In this document: positions 14,911 through 25,147 of the stretch, in pieces
Layout: each line of letters begins with the position of its first letter
Position numbering within the stretch: the first letter of the stretch is position 1
Virus record (IMG/VR): IMGVR_UViG_3300030380_000259
Location: 1 to 55,909 of that record
DNA length: 55,909 nucleotides
Source of the DNA: a virus
Taxonomy: Duplodnaviria; Caudoviricetes
Direction: 5' to 3' (one strand)
Notes under the pieces: generated by a model
Databases searched by the model: none
The model's input: the letters and a program-made list of their open reading frames with translations, nothing else
What the model was told of the DNA's origin: nothing
Program-made: the position numbers and the translations under genes

Positions 14911-15684
14911 ATGAATAATATATATAACATTATAAGTGAATTAGATTTAAGTGCAGGAAGTACAAAGAGAATGGATTGCCCTATCTGTAGAGGTTATAAA
15001 ACCTTTACTGTGACCAACAACATGGGCAGTCTTGTATGGAACTGTTACAAAGCCTCTTGTAGTGTTTCGGGTGGAAAGCGTGTGCATTTATCAGCAGACG
15101 ATATACGTACACAATTTTACGGTGCTGAACAGATGGCAGAGCAAACAGATTTTAGATTGCCTGAATGTGTAGTGCGAGTAAATGATAAGAAGGAAGTCTT
15201 AGACTATTTACACAGGTGGTCTTTGGCATTTCTTCATTACGAACTTTTATATGATGTGAAGGAAGAGAGAATTGTTTTTCCTGTCAGGTATGAGAATAAG
15301 ATAGTGGACGCAACAGGTCGCTCTCTTGGAAAAAGATTACCTAAATGGAAAAAGTACGGCAATAGTGGCTTGCCTTTCACCTATGGGTGTGGTAAAGTCG
15401 CAGTAGTTGTTGAGGACTGTGTGAGTGCTAGTGTTGTTGGTTCACTAGGTAATTTTGTCGGGGTCGCTTTGATGGGTACTTCTCTCCTTTCAACCCATCG
15501 GGTGTTTCTTACACAGTTCTCAACGGCAGTAATCGCATTAGACCCAGATGCACTGCCAAAGACTTTGCGTATGGCAAAGGAGTTAAGAGGACACGTAAAT
15601 GATGTTCGTGTTCTACGCTTGACAGACGATATAAAGTATCGTAATCCTGAAGACATCAACAACCTAACCAACATAGGAGTATAA
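14911..15684 (+). CDS. DNA primase (Zn finger + TOPRIM)
   Basis: CPIC...CYKASC, VVVED and LDPDA motifs. Confidence 0.9.
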   Translation: MNNIYNIISELDLSAGSTKRMDCPICRGYKTFTVTNNMGSLVWNCYKASCSVSGGKRVHLSADDIRTQFYGAEQMAEQTDFRLPECVVRVNDKKEVLDYLHRWSLAFLHYELLYDVKEERIVFPVRYENKIVDATGRSLGKRLPKWKKYGNSGLPFTYGCGKVAVVVEDCVSASVVGSLGNFVGVALMGTSLLSTHRVFLTQFSTAVIALDPDALPKTLRMAKELRGHVNDVRVLRLTDDIKYRNPEDINNLTNIGV

Positions 15685-15686
15685 GA

Positions 15687-16913
15687 ATGGAGTTATCTTT
15701 AGTACGCAGTCTTATGGACAAAGGTTTCTACGATGACCATCGTGGTTCTAGATGTCCTGACCGCTTGTTCAGTCAAGACGTGCGTAAAATTAAACAAGCA
15801 ATCGATACAGCTATGGATAGATACAATAGGACTTTGTTACCTGATGAGGTACAAGCTATGTTCCTATCGAATAATCCTACGCTTACTACTGCACAGAAAC
15901 AGGCATACGATTCTCTGTTCTTGCAGATAAAAAGAGAGACACCGTTAGGCTCAGATGTATCACAGGAAGTATTGTCTAAGCTATTTCAACAAGTGGTAGG
16001 CGAAGATGTAGCCAACATAGGATTTGATATGGTCAATGGCGATGCGGATACTTTGCAAAAGCTACGTGATGTATTAGAGAAGTATGGTGATGACTTCATA
16101 CCTAACTTAAACATTGAGTGGGATGACATTACTATCGAAACCTTACTTGCTAAAGCAGAGCTAGAAGCTAGGTGGACTTTCAATATACCACCTTTGACAC
16201 GTAAGCTAGAGGGTGTGAGTGGTGGTCAGCTTATTGAGATAGGTGCTAGACCTAACACAGGTAAGACTTCCTTTCATGCTAGTCTGATAGCATCACCCAA
16301 TGGCTTTGCCCATCAGGGTGCAAACTGCATTATCTTATGTAACGAAGAACCCACACATAGAGTAGGTGCTAGATACCTTACGGCTGCATCAGGCATGTCA
16401 GCACGTGAAGTAAAAGATAACCTATCTAAAGCAAAGGCTTTGTACGAACCTGTAATGAAGAACATTAAGATTAAAGAAGCAGGTGGACGCGACATGGCAT
16501 GGGTAGAATCGGTATGTAAGGCATACAAACCAGACATATTAGTGCTTGACATGGGCGACAAATTTGGTATAACTGGGTCATTCGCTAGACCAGATGAAGC
16601 ACTCAAGGCTTGTGCTATCTACGCTAGACAGATTGCTAAGACGTATGACTGTGCTGTATTCTACATGTCACAGTTATCTGCCGAAGCAGAGGGTAGACAG
16701 AGACTGAACCAATCCATGATGGAAGGTTCTCGTACAGGCAAGGCGGCTGAAGCTGATTTAATGATATTGATTGGTAAAACTAATGCAGAGATTGAGGGTG
16801 AGGAAGAGGATAGTCCTTTGAGACACCTGAATATAGTTAAGAACAAGTTAAATGGTTGGCATGGCATGGTGAATGTAAACCTAAACTATTTAACAGCGAG
16901 GTACGAAGGATGA
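15687..16913 (+). CDS. DnaB-like replicative helicase
   Basis: GARPNTGKT Walker A; LVLDMGD, SQL and KNK motifs. Confidence 0.92.
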   Translation: MELSLVRSLMDKGFYDDHRGSRCPDRLFSQDVRKIKQAIDTAMDRYNRTLLPDEVQAMFLSNNPTLTTAQKQAYDSLFLQIKRETPLGSDVSQEVLSKLFQQVVGEDVANIGFDMVNGDADTLQKLRDVLEKYGDDFIPNLNIEWDDITIETLLAKAELEARWTFNIPPLTRKLEGVSGGQLIEIGARPNTGKTSFHASLIASPNGFAHQGANCIILCNEEPTHRVGARYLTAASGMSAREVKDNLSKAKALYEPVMKNIKIKEAGGRDMAWVESVCKAYKPDILVLDMGDKFGITGSFARPDEALKACAIYARQIAKTYDCAVFYMSQLSAEAEGRQRLNQSMMEGSRTGKAAEADLMILIGKTNAEIEGEEEDSPLRHLNIVKNKLNGWHGMVNVNLNYLTARYEG

Positions 16914-18955
16914 AGTTAACATTAGATGTAGAAAACGTAGGGCAAGTTAGAGATGGCAAGAAATACCTAGACCCTTTTGAACCAGACAACTCACTGACGA
17001 TGGTAGGTATGCTGACAGACACAGGGTTAGAAAGACGTATTACCTTTGACCATCAGGATGTATCACCTACACCTAATGGACGTGAACAAGTACAGGAGTG
17101 GCTTGATAAGGCTACTATACTTATTATGCACAACGCATCGCATGACTTATTGTGGCTTTGGGAATCAGGATTTCAGTATACTGGACCTGTGTTTGATACC
17201 ATGCTTGTTGAGTATGTACTACAACGTGGTCAGAAGAACGCTTCTCTTGGACTTGAGAAATGTGCGGAGAGGTATTCTTGTGATACACAAAAGCAGGATA
17301 GTTTGAAAGAACATCTTCGCAAGGGTGGCACAGCATACAACATGGAGCATGGTTTATTGGATAAGTATTTGTCTGCAGATTTACATGCAACGCAACAGCT
17401 TGCCGATAAACTGTGGGCTAGATTGAACACACCCGAAGATGCAGGTCTTATGGGTACGGTAGACATAACAAATGAACTATGTGTCTGTCTTGCTCGTATA
17501 TATCAACGAGGTTTCAAAGTTGATAGAACAGCTTTAGAAGAAGTTAAGAAGCAGTATGAGACAGAGAGAGATGAGCTAGTGGCTAGTCTACAAGAGCATG
17601 TTCAAAAGCTGATGGGTGATACACCTATAAATTTAAATAGCCCAGAACAATTATCTTGGGTTATCTTTAGCCGTAAGGTTATGGACAAACAGTATTGGGC
17701 AAATGCTATACACCCATACATGGATGACGAAGACTTTAGAAGCATCATTCAGGGTGGTACAAAGAGAGTATACAAAACAAAAGCAGAGCAATGCAAAGAG
17801 TGCAAAGGCTTTGGGAAGGTAAGAAAGGTAAAGAAAGATGGAACACCTTATGCTAGAGACAACGGTTGTAAAACATGTAATAGTCTTGGTTTTACTCTTG
17901 TTAATTTACAAGATGTGGCAGGGTTAAAGTTTAAGCCACCTACTCCCAAGTGGGCAAGTGCTAATGGTTTCTCTACGTCTAAGGACAACCTTACTTTCCT
18001 AGAGTCCGTAGCCAAGTCAAAAGGTTTGACAGATGCAGTAGATTTCCTATCTAAAGTAAGAAGACTAAGTGCTGTCGATACCTATCTATCTTCTTTCATA
18101 GAAGGAATAACAAATCATACAAAGCCAGATGGTATGCTTCATGTGCGTTTAATACAACAGAACACAGCCACTGGTAGATTGAGTGGGGCTGAACCTAACA
18201 TGCAGAATATGCCACGTGGTAGTACGTTTCCTGTAAAGAAGGTGTTCGTGTCTCGTTTCGATGGTGGTAAGATACTTGAAGCTGATATGGCACAGTTAGA
18301 GTTTCGCACTGCCGCATATTTATCACAAGATGGAGTAGCAATTGAAGAAGTTAAAACAGGTTTTGATGTTCACAGTTACACTGCCAAAGTTATTAGTGAT
18401 GCAGGTGAGCCTACGAGTAGGCAGGATGCGAAGGCTCATACGTTTGCTCCGCTATATGGAGCGACAGGATTTGGACGTACTAGAGCGCAAGCTAGATACT
18501 ACGAACACTTCACAGAAAAGTACCAAGGCATCAAGCTATGGCACACCCGATTGGCTAAAGAAGCTGTGAATACTAACAAGATTAAGACACCATCAGGTCG
18601 TGAGTTTTCATTCCCTGATGTTACAAGACGTAGCAATGGCACAGTCACACACTTTACACAGATAAAGAACTACCCTGTGCAGTCGTTTGCTACAGCAGAT
18701 ATAGTTCCTTTGTGTTTATTACATATAGAAAAGTCGCTTGACAATATGAAGTCTTGTGTGGTAAATTCAGTTCACGATAGTATTGTTATTGATGTACATC
18801 CAGATGAAGAAAAACAAGTTATCTGGCTTATACATTCTGTTAACAAGGAGCTACCTAATTTGATGTCTCTTAGGTGGGGAATAGATTTTAATGTACCACT
18901 ATTATTAGAGTCAAAAATAGGTAATAACTGGCTTGACACTAAGGATGTTATCTGA
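16910..18955 (+). CDS. polA: Family A DNA polymerase with DnaJ-type zinc-finger insertion
   Basis: Exonuclease DVE, HNxxxD and DTM motifs; CKECKGFG...CKTCNSLG insertion; TGRLS, DMAQLE, AKAHTFAPLYG (Phe at the 762 position) and VHDS. Confidence 0.96.
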   Translation: MKLTLDVENVGQVRDGKKYLDPFEPDNSLTMVGMLTDTGLERRITFDHQDVSPTPNGREQVQEWLDKATILIMHNASHDLLWLWESGFQYTGPVFDTMLVEYVLQRGQKNASLGLEKCAERYSCDTQKQDSLKEHLRKGGTAYNMEHGLLDKYLSADLHATQQLADKLWARLNTPEDAGLMGTVDITNELCVCLARIYQRGFKVDRTALEEVKKQYETERDELVASLQEHVQKLMGDTPINLNSPEQLSWVIFSRKVMDKQYWANAIHPYMDDEDFRSIIQGGTKRVYKTKAEQCKECKGFGKVRKVKKDGTPYARDNGCKTCNSLGFTLVNLQDVAGLKFKPPTPKWASANGFSTSKDNLTFLESVAKSKGLTDAVDFLSKVRRLSAVDTYLSSFIEGITNHTKPDGMLHVRLIQQNTATGRLSGAEPNMQNMPRGSTFPVKKVFVSRFDGGKILEADMAQLEFRTAAYLSQDGVAIEEVKTGFDVHSYTAKVISDAGEPTSRQDAKAHTFAPLYGATGFGRTRAQARYYEHFTEKYQGIKLWHTRLAKEAVNTNKIKTPSGREFSFPDVTRRSNGTVTHFTQIKNYPVQSFATADIVPLCLLHIEKSLDNMKSCVVNSVHDSIVIDVHPDEEKQVIWLIHSVNKELPNLMSLRWGIDFNVPLLLESKIGNNWLDTKDVI

Positions 18956-18961
18956 TATAAC
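18933..18961 (+). promoter_or_regulatory. sigma70-type promoter TTGACA-N17-TATAAC
   Basis: Directly upstream of the RBS of 18994. Confidence 0.65.
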
Positions 18962-18993
18962 TATAAAACTTTTAAACATAAGGAGTAAAATAT

Positions 18994-19896
18994 ATGGAGT
19001 TAACAACAATCAATACGAATAACTATTCCGCTATGGCTAAAGCTATGGGAATGGCTAACGAAGGGGTGAAAGAGAAGAAACAAACAAGTACTCTTGCACG
19101 TCTTCGTATATCTCACTCTCCTATCATGGGAGAGGGCGAGGTAAAAGGTAAGAAGGTAAATATGGAAATAGTTTCTGGCGGTACATACAAGCTAGAGATT
19201 CCAGATGGTGCTACTTACTATGCTCAATCCGCAGAGATACGTCCTTTCTTGCAGAGGTTTATGTATAAGAAGTTCGTTAAGGGTTCGGGCAATGTGCCTA
19301 ACCGTTATATTAAAACGGTGATGGCTGATAATCTTAATATGGATTTGAAAGATAACAATGGTGGCTTTAACTGTGGTAAACCTGCAGGTTGGATTAAAGA
19401 CTATAGTTCTTTACCTGATGCTACCAAAGAACTTCTCAAGTCTATAAAAAGAGTGCGTGTGGTTCTAGGAACTGTCGATTTAAAAGAAGCAGTTGACGCA
19501 GAGGGAAATGCAATTAACCTAGAACCCACACCTTTTATCTGGGAAGTAGAGAATAGAGATGCCTTTAAAACTGTGGGCGGTGTGTTCTCTAAGCTAGGTA
19601 AGATGAAGAGACTGCCAGTTCAGCATACTGTTAGTCTAAATACTGAGGAGCAAAAGTTACCAAACGGTAATAGCTTTTATCTTCCTGTTGTATCTTTAGA
19701 CCTGTCGAAGACAGTAGAGATAACCAAAGAAGATGAAGAACGCTTTGTTGATTACATGACGTGGGTTGAAAACTACAATGAATATATTATATCTATGTAT
19801 AACACTAAGGTAGAGGAGAAATCTGATGCTGAGTTAGACGAGATAGACCTTAATGATATTGTAGAGATTGATACAGACGAAATGGAAGTAGCCTAA
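18994..19896 (+). CDS. Putative ssDNA-binding/annealing protein
   Basis: Position after the polymerase; acidic C-terminal tail; own promoter. Confidence 0.55.
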   Translation: MELTTINTNNYSAMAKAMGMANEGVKEKKQTSTLARLRISHSPIMGEGEVKGKKVNMEIVSGGTYKLEIPDGATYYAQSAEIRPFLQRFMYKKFVKGSGNVPNRYIKTVMADNLNMDLKDNNGGFNCGKPAGWIKDYSSLPDATKELLKSIKRVRVVLGTVDLKEAVDAEGNAINLEPTPFIWEVENRDAFKTVGGVFSKLGKMKRLPVQHTVSLNTEEQKLPNGNSFYLPVVSLDLSKTVEITKEDEERFVDYMTWVENYNEYIISMYNTKVEEKSDAELDEIDLNDIVEIDTDEMEVA

Positions 19897-20753
19897 TGAA
19901 GCATCCTGCTGAGTTGGCGGTACATCAGTACATGACTAGTGCTGTAAACGGTGCATCTACTATGTCAGAAGATACCATTAATCAGGTAGCTAATGATATT
20001 AAAGATGCGTTATATCGCCAGTTTGGTGGGGGAAAGAAAAGAAATGACTTTAGGTTACGTATGTCAAATGTTGGTAGACCTACATGCCAGTTGTGGTATG
20101 AGAAAAACAAACCTGAAGTTGGTATTCCCCTACCTACAACATTTGTAATGAACATGATGCTTGGAGACATCGTTGAAGCTGTCTTCAAAGGACTTCTAAC
20201 AGAATCTGGAGTGAAGTATGAGGATAATGATAAGGTTCAGTTAGACTTAGGACATACGGTTATTGATGGTACATATGATATAATCATAGCAGATGCCGTA
20301 GATGATATTAAGTCTGCGTCTAACTGGTCTTATACTAATAAGTTTGAATCATACGATACTCTAAAACAAGGAGATGCATTTGGGTATGTTGCACAACTAG
20401 CAGGGTATGCAAAAGCATCAGGTAAACGTGCAGGTGGTTGGTGGGTTGTTAACAAAGCCACAGGAGACTTTAAATATGTACCTGCTGATGGTATTAATGT
20501 TGATGCAGAAGTAGCTAAGATAGATGAGACTTGTAAAATAGTCGAAGAAAATGTATTCAAGCGTTGCTTTGAAGCTGAACCTGAGATGTTTAGGGGTAAG
20601 CCCACAGGTAACAAAGTATTGAACACACATTGCGGATTCTGTTCTTATCGTTACGACTGTTGGTCTACACTAGAAGAAAGACCTGCTATTAAATCACAGG
20701 CACGTGTACCAAAGATTACTAACTACGTTGAAATTGCAGAGGAGTATAGATAA
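19896..20753 (+). CDS. PD-(D/E)xK exonuclease (Cas4/RecB-like)
   Basis: GTYD...DDIKS, QLAGY; Cys pattern C...CxxCxxxxxC. Confidence 0.85.
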   Translation: MKHPAELAVHQYMTSAVNGASTMSEDTINQVANDIKDALYRQFGGGKKRNDFRLRMSNVGRPTCQLWYEKNKPEVGIPLPTTFVMNMMLGDIVEAVFKGLLTESGVKYEDNDKVQLDLGHTVIDGTYDIIIADAVDDIKSASNWSYTNKFESYDTLKQGDAFGYVAQLAGYAKASGKRAGGWWVVNKATGDFKYVPADGINVDAEVAKIDETCKIVEENVFKRCFEAEPEMFRGKPTGNKVLNTHCGFCSYRYDCWSTLEERPAIKSQARVPKITNYVEIAEEYR

Positions 20754-20971
20754 TGGAAGAGTTAGAACAATTAGCGGAAGAAATAAAACTTAAAGAAGAA
20801 GAGCTAAGAAACCTACGTAAAGAGTATCAAGATAAAAGAATGTCAGGTTTACGTTCTGCGTTACAAGCAAGACAAGAAGCTGATAAACTTATTCAAGAAG
20901 AACTTCGGTCGATGGGTTACAAACAGTTTAATCCTATTCCGCTAGGAAACTGGCGAAACTTTGCCTCCTAA
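20753..20971 (+). CDS. Coiled-coil hypothetical protein
   Basis: TAATG coupling; AGGAG RBS. Confidence 0.75.
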   Translation: MEELEQLAEEIKLKEEELRNLRKEYQDKRMSGLRSALQARQEADKLIQEELRSMGYKQFNPIPLGNWRNFAS

Positions 20972-21425
20972 TTATAAACAGTACAAAGCCGCACGTAAGT
21001 ATGGATATAGGAGTGGTTTAGAGCATAAGATATCACTCTATCTTGATGAACTCAAAGTTAAATACGAGTACGAAAAACTCAAGATAGAGTGGGAAGACTT
21101 AGCATATCGCACCTATACACCAGACTTCGTGTTAGCTAATGGTATCATTATTGAGACTAAAGGAATGTTTACTGCGTCAGATAGACGCAAGCATCTTGCA
21201 ATTAAGAAGCAACATCCTAAACTTGATATACGATTTGTGTTTGAAAACAGTAGACGTAAGCTCAGAAAGGGTGCAAAGTCTACGTATGAAGAATGGTGTA
21301 TACGATATGGATTTAGATATTACAACAGAATAATACCAGAAGATTGGCTTAAAGAAAAAGGCAAGAATAAACATGCTAAGTTTATAAAGTTCTCTGGTAC
21401 TAAAGTTAAAAGGAGATATAAATGA
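20961..21425 (+). CDS. Endonuclease I (T7 gp3-like Holliday junction resolvase)
   Basis: YRSGLE, YTPDF, IETKG, DRRKH and DIRFVF motifs. Confidence 0.93.
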   Translation: MPPNYKQYKAARKYGYRSGLEHKISLYLDELKVKYEYEKLKIEWEDLAYRTYTPDFVLANGIIIETKGMFTASDRRKHLAIKKQHPKLDIRFVFENSRRKLRKGAKSTYEEWCIRYGFRYYNRIIPEDWLKEKGKNKHAKFIKFSGTKVKRRYK

Positions 21426-21793
21426 TAGATGAAAAATTAGTAGAAGCCTTAGAAGCAGAAGACTTTATAGTAAACATAAGACCTACCATATTAAAAAGCG
21501 GTAAATGGTCTGGAGATGTGAACGTATCAATAATGATTGGTAGAGATAACCCACTGGATGATGAGGACTATAGTAACCTTCTGCATTTTGCAAAGATGAT
21601 ATGCTCTACTGTTCCCATGATGGAATATTCAGAAGAACTAAGAGAGATGGTTAATGATTATGTGTTGAAGAACGTAGATAACGACAAAGGCACAGATTTA
21701 GTTTTTAAACCAGACAATAGAGGAAAAATTCTTGACAGAAAAGATAATGTTGTTACAGTATCATTTGGAACAGAAACTAAAGGGAGCGCTTGA
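21422..21793 (+). CDS. Hypothetical protein
   Basis: AGGAG RBS. Confidence 0.75.
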   Translation: MIDEKLVEALEAEDFIVNIRPTILKSGKWSGDVNVSIMIGRDNPLDDEDYSNLLHFAKMICSTVPMMEYSEELREMVNDYVLKNVDNDKGTDLVFKPDNRGKILDRKDNVVTVSFGTETKGSA

Positions 21794-22077
21794 TGCCACA
21801 AGATTTTCATCAACTTAGACATGAGGAATATATGAAACAAGCTATGGAACAATCAGACGTAATCACTAATCCAAAACACTACGAGCGTTACGCTATAGAA
21901 CCTGTATCATTCATAATGAATAATGAGTTACCTTTTTGGATGGGTAATGTAATTAAATATGTAATGAGAGCAGGATACAAAACAGATACAAATGAATTAA
22001 CAGATTTAAACAAAGCTAAAAGATACATTGATATGCGTATCAACCAATTAGAGGGGCGAGAGCCAAATGAAAGTTAA
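21790..22077 (+). CDS. DUF3310 (SaV-like / T7 gp1.7-like) protein
   Basis: NPKHY, GNVIKYVMRAGYK and DLNKA motifs. Confidence 0.85.
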   Translation: MMPQDFHQLRHEEYMKQAMEQSDVITNPKHYERYAIEPVSFIMNNELPFWMGNVIKYVMRAGYKTDTNELTDLNKAKRYIDMRINQLEGREPNES

Positions 22078-22225
22078 AATATACCTCACTATAGAAGTAG
22101 ACCCAGATGAATATCCTGTACCTGCAGACGGTAATGTATCGGAAGAGATTGCAGAGGGCATAGAGGAATACTTCTATGATGTAGGTGGCACAACTATCAA
22201 ACACATTAAGACAGTTCAGGAGTAA
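22067..22225 (+). CDS. 52-aa acidic protein MKVKIYLTIEVDPDEYPVPADG... (below cutoff)
   Basis: Fills the gap before RNR; GAGG RBS. Confidence 0.7.
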   Translation: MKVKIYLTIEVDPDEYPVPADGNVSEEIAEGIEEYFYDVGGTTIKHIKTVQE

Positions 22226-22228
22226 GAA

Positions 22229-24172
22229 ATGATTAATAACTATTTACCGACAGACTACCAAAACTTTATAGCTCTATCTCGCTATGCAAGATGGAAGGAA
22301 GATGAACAAAGACGGGAGACATGGGGAGAGACAGTCGCACGTTACTTTGATTACATGACAAAGCATTTAAAAGATACGTGTAATTTTACATTAGAAGATT
22401 CACTACGCAGTGAACTAGAGGAAGCAGTGCTTGAGCAACGTGTAATGCCTAGCATGAGAGCATTGATGACATCAGGACCAGCCTTAGATAGATGTCATGT
22501 AGGTGGTTATAACTGCTCTTACGTGCCTGTAGACAACCCTAGAGCATTTGATGAGACTATGTACATCTTAATGTGTGGAACAGGTGTAGGTTTCTCTGTA
22601 GAGCGTAGCAATATAGATAAACTACCCATAGTAAATGAACACTTTGAGAAGAGTGACACAGTTATTAAAGTTGGTGACAGCAGACCCGGGTGGGCAAGAG
22701 CGTTACGTGAGTTGATTGCTATGTTGTATGCAGGTCAGATACCAAAATGGGATGTATCAGAGGTGCGTCCTGCAGGTGCAAGACTGAAGACATTTGGTGG
22801 TAGAGCATCAGGACCACAACCTTTAGTAGAGTTATTTAACTTCTGTATTGAGAAGTTTAGGGGTGCATCTGGTCGTAGACTTTGGCCTATTGAATGTCAC
22901 GATATAATGTGTAAGATAGGAGAGGTTGTTGTTGTAGGTGGTGTCAGACGTAGTGCATTGATTTCATTATCAAATCTTGGAGATGACCAGATGGCACATG
23001 CTAAGTCAGGTCAATGGTGGGAGAATGAAGGGCAACGTGCGTTGGCTAACAATAGTGTAGCATATAAATTTAAGCCAGAGATAGGCACATTCATGCGTGA
23101 GTGGGTGTCTTTGTACGAGAGTAAGTCAGGTGAGCGTGGTATATTTAATCGTGCATCTGCAATCAAACAAGCAGATAAGAATGGAAGACGGGATATTGAC
23201 TATGCTTTCGGATGTAATCCGTGTAGTGAAATCATTCTACGCCCATATCAGTTCTGTAATTTATCCGAAGTGGTGGCACGTGCATCGGATGACATGGAAT
23301 CATTACGTAAGAAAGTACGTATTGCTACAATACTTGGCACATTTCAAGCTACTATGACAGACTTTAAATATTTACGTACAGTATGGAAAAAGAATACAGA
23401 AGAAGAAAGATTATTAGGTGTGTCTCTTACTGGTATTATGGACAATCAGATACTAGCAGGTCAGAGTAAAACATACGGCTTGAATATATCTTCATTGCTT
23501 GAAGAGTTAAAAGCAGTAGCAGTAGAGACAAATAAAATCTTTGCCGAACAGCTAGGCATTAATCAGTCTACTGCTATCACATGTGTTAAGCCAAGTGGTA
23601 CAGTCAGTCAATTAGTTGACAGTGCCTCTGGTATTCATGCTAGACATAACCCATATTATGTTCGCACTGTGCGTGGTGATAACAAAGACCCACTGACACA
23701 GTTCTTAGTAGCACAAGGCATACCATCAGAGCCTGACGTAATGAAGCCAGATAGCACAACTGTCTTTAGTTTTCCTATGAAGTCACCCTCTGGTGCTGTA
23801 ACACGTACAGGTATGACAGCTATTGAACAGCTTAACTTGTGGCTGATATATCAACGTCATTGGTGTGAGCATAAACCATCTGTTACTATCTCTGTCAAAG
23901 AGCATGAGTGGATGGAAGTGGGTGCGTGGGTGTATGAAAACTTTGATGAGGTGTCGGGCATTAGCTTTTTACCTTTTAGTGAGCATACATATCAGCAAGC
24001 ACCCTATCAGGACATAGACAAAGACATGTACACTGAGTTGTATACACGTATGCCAGACACAGTTGATTGGTCTTTACTGCCTGAGTTTGAGAAAGAAGAT
24101 AACACATCGGGTGGACGTGAGTTAGCGTGTTCAGCAGGAGTATGTGAAGTAGTGGATTTGACTGCGGCATGA
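22229..24172 (+). CDS. nrdJ: Class II (adenosylcobalamin-dependent) ribonucleotide reductase
   Basis: PSMR, NCS, GVRRSA, NPCSEI and KPSGT motifs; C-terminal CxxxxC; no beta-subunit gene in the genome. Confidence 0.9.
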   Translation: MINNYLPTDYQNFIALSRYARWKEDEQRRETWGETVARYFDYMTKHLKDTCNFTLEDSLRSELEEAVLEQRVMPSMRALMTSGPALDRCHVGGYNCSYVPVDNPRAFDETMYILMCGTGVGFSVERSNIDKLPIVNEHFEKSDTVIKVGDSRPGWARALRELIAMLYAGQIPKWDVSEVRPAGARLKTFGGRASGPQPLVELFNFCIEKFRGASGRRLWPIECHDIMCKIGEVVVVGGVRRSALISLSNLGDDQMAHAKSGQWWENEGQRALANNSVAYKFKPEIGTFMREWVSLYESKSGERGIFNRASAIKQADKNGRRDIDYAFGCNPCSEIILRPYQFCNLSEVVARASDDMESLRKKVRIATILGTFQATMTDFKYLRTVWKKNTEEERLLGVSLTGIMDNQILAGQSKTYGLNISSLLEELKAVAVETNKIFAEQLGINQSTAITCVKPSGTVSQLVDSASGIHARHNPYYVRTVRGDNKDPLTQFLVAQGIPSEPDVMKPDSTTVFSFPMKSPSGAVTRTGMTAIEQLNLWLIYQRHWCEHKPSVTISVKEHEWMEVGAWVYENFDEVSGISFLPFSEHTYQQAPYQDIDKDMYTELYTRMPDTVDWSLLPEFEKEDNTSGGRELACSAGVCEVVDLTAA

Positions 24173-24423
24173 AGTACGTTCCCGGGTATTTAGGAAACAA
24201 AAGAGAATATATAAACACAATAGGAGATACAATGAAAAAATTAGCACTAGAAAATTACTTGACAAGATTTATGAGATATGTTATAGACTGGCGTAAGACA
24301 CGAAAGATAATAAGAACACTACAAGATTTACCTGACCATACGTTAGAAGATATGGGTATAAGAAGACATGACATAGAAAAACTAGCGTATACAGAGTTAC
24401 AAAGAAAGAACTATGAGAAGTAA
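24169..24423 (+). CDS. DUF1127 (YjiS-like) small protein
   Basis: WRKTR....LQDLPDHTLEDMGIRRHDI; alternative start at ATG 24232 with AGGAG. Confidence 0.75.
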   Translation: MKYVPGYLGNKREYINTIGDTMKKLALENYLTRFMRYVIDWRKTRKIIRTLQDLPDHTLEDMGIRRHDIEKLAYTELQRKNYEK

Positions 24424-24583
24424 AGCATGGAGAGTATGGGCAAAAACAATTGGGAGCAAGATATCAGATGATGAAAGTGAAAGCGATATTGCCGCTATGC
24501 TACGTACCTTTTGGGTACTCACTCATCTGGTTGCTTGCTTTTTCATTATTATACATAATGGGGTCAAGCTAGGATGGTTTTAA
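24413..24583 (+). CDS. 56-aa membrane protein MRSKAWRVWAKTIGSKISDDE... (below cutoff)
   Basis: WRxWAKxxGxK motif typical of marine phages; one TM segment. Confidence 0.7.
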   Translation: MRSKAWRVWAKTIGSKISDDESESDIAAMLRTFWVLTHLVACFFIIIHNGVKLGWF

Positions 24584-24696
24584 ACTATGTAGCAAACTGG
24601 TGGGAAGTAGCCATGTTGACAGCCATATCTATTAATACTATAATAAACATAGTTGTATTCTTTAGGCATAGATTTAGACAGAGGAGTAAAGATTGA
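24574..24696 (+). CDS. 40-aa single-TM peptide MVLNYVANWWEVAMLTAISINTIINIVVFFRHRFRQRSKD (below cutoff)
   Basis: Fills the gap; stop overlaps the next start. Confidence 0.55.
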   Translation: MVLNYVANWWEVAMLTAISINTIINIVVFFRHRFRQRSKD

Positions 24697-24926
24697 AACC
24701 ATACGAGAAAATATTGCAAGCACTGACGCATCATGCACAGGCAAATATAGAATTGCATGTTACTAACATAAGCATTTATCTTACTAATCCTTCGGGTATT
24801 GGTGAACATTCTGATATACTAGAAACAATTCAAAGTGAGATGGATAAGATAGCTGTCCACAAAGATAGGCTAGAAATACTTGAGTTGTTAGAACCAGTCG
24901 AATCAAAAGAGGAGCTAAAAGAATGA
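24693..24926 (+). CDS. Hypothetical protein (NPxGIGEHSD family)
   Basis: GAGGAG RBS; conserved motif. Confidence 0.75.
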   Translation: MKPYEKILQALTHHAQANIELHVTNISIYLTNPSGIGEHSDILETIQSEMDKIAVHKDRLEILELLEPVESKEELKE

Positions 24927-25147
24927 CAGAAGAAAAGATAACGGTAGAAGGTAAGGAGCATGATGTCTCTGATTTAGATGACAAAGAGATATATGTGCTT
25001 AAACAAGTAAAAATTTTAAGACAAAGAATAGAAGACGCACGAATTAATTTAGACCAATTAGTTATGGCAGAACGTGCCTTTGCTAATACACTAGTATCAT
25101 CCTTACAGAAAGGAGAAACAAATGAAGAATCTAAAACCAAAAACTAA
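24923..25147 (+). CDS. Hypothetical protein
   Basis: GAGGAG RBS. Confidence 0.75.
   Translation: MTEEKITVEGKEHDVSDLDDKEIYVLKQVKILRQRIEDARINLDQLVMAERAFANTLVSSLQKGETNEESKTKN

Noticed and set aside
19896-20753. Cas4 as part of a CRISPR system
   Set aside because: It sits in the replication module like ordinary phage Cas4-like exonucleases; no array or cas1.
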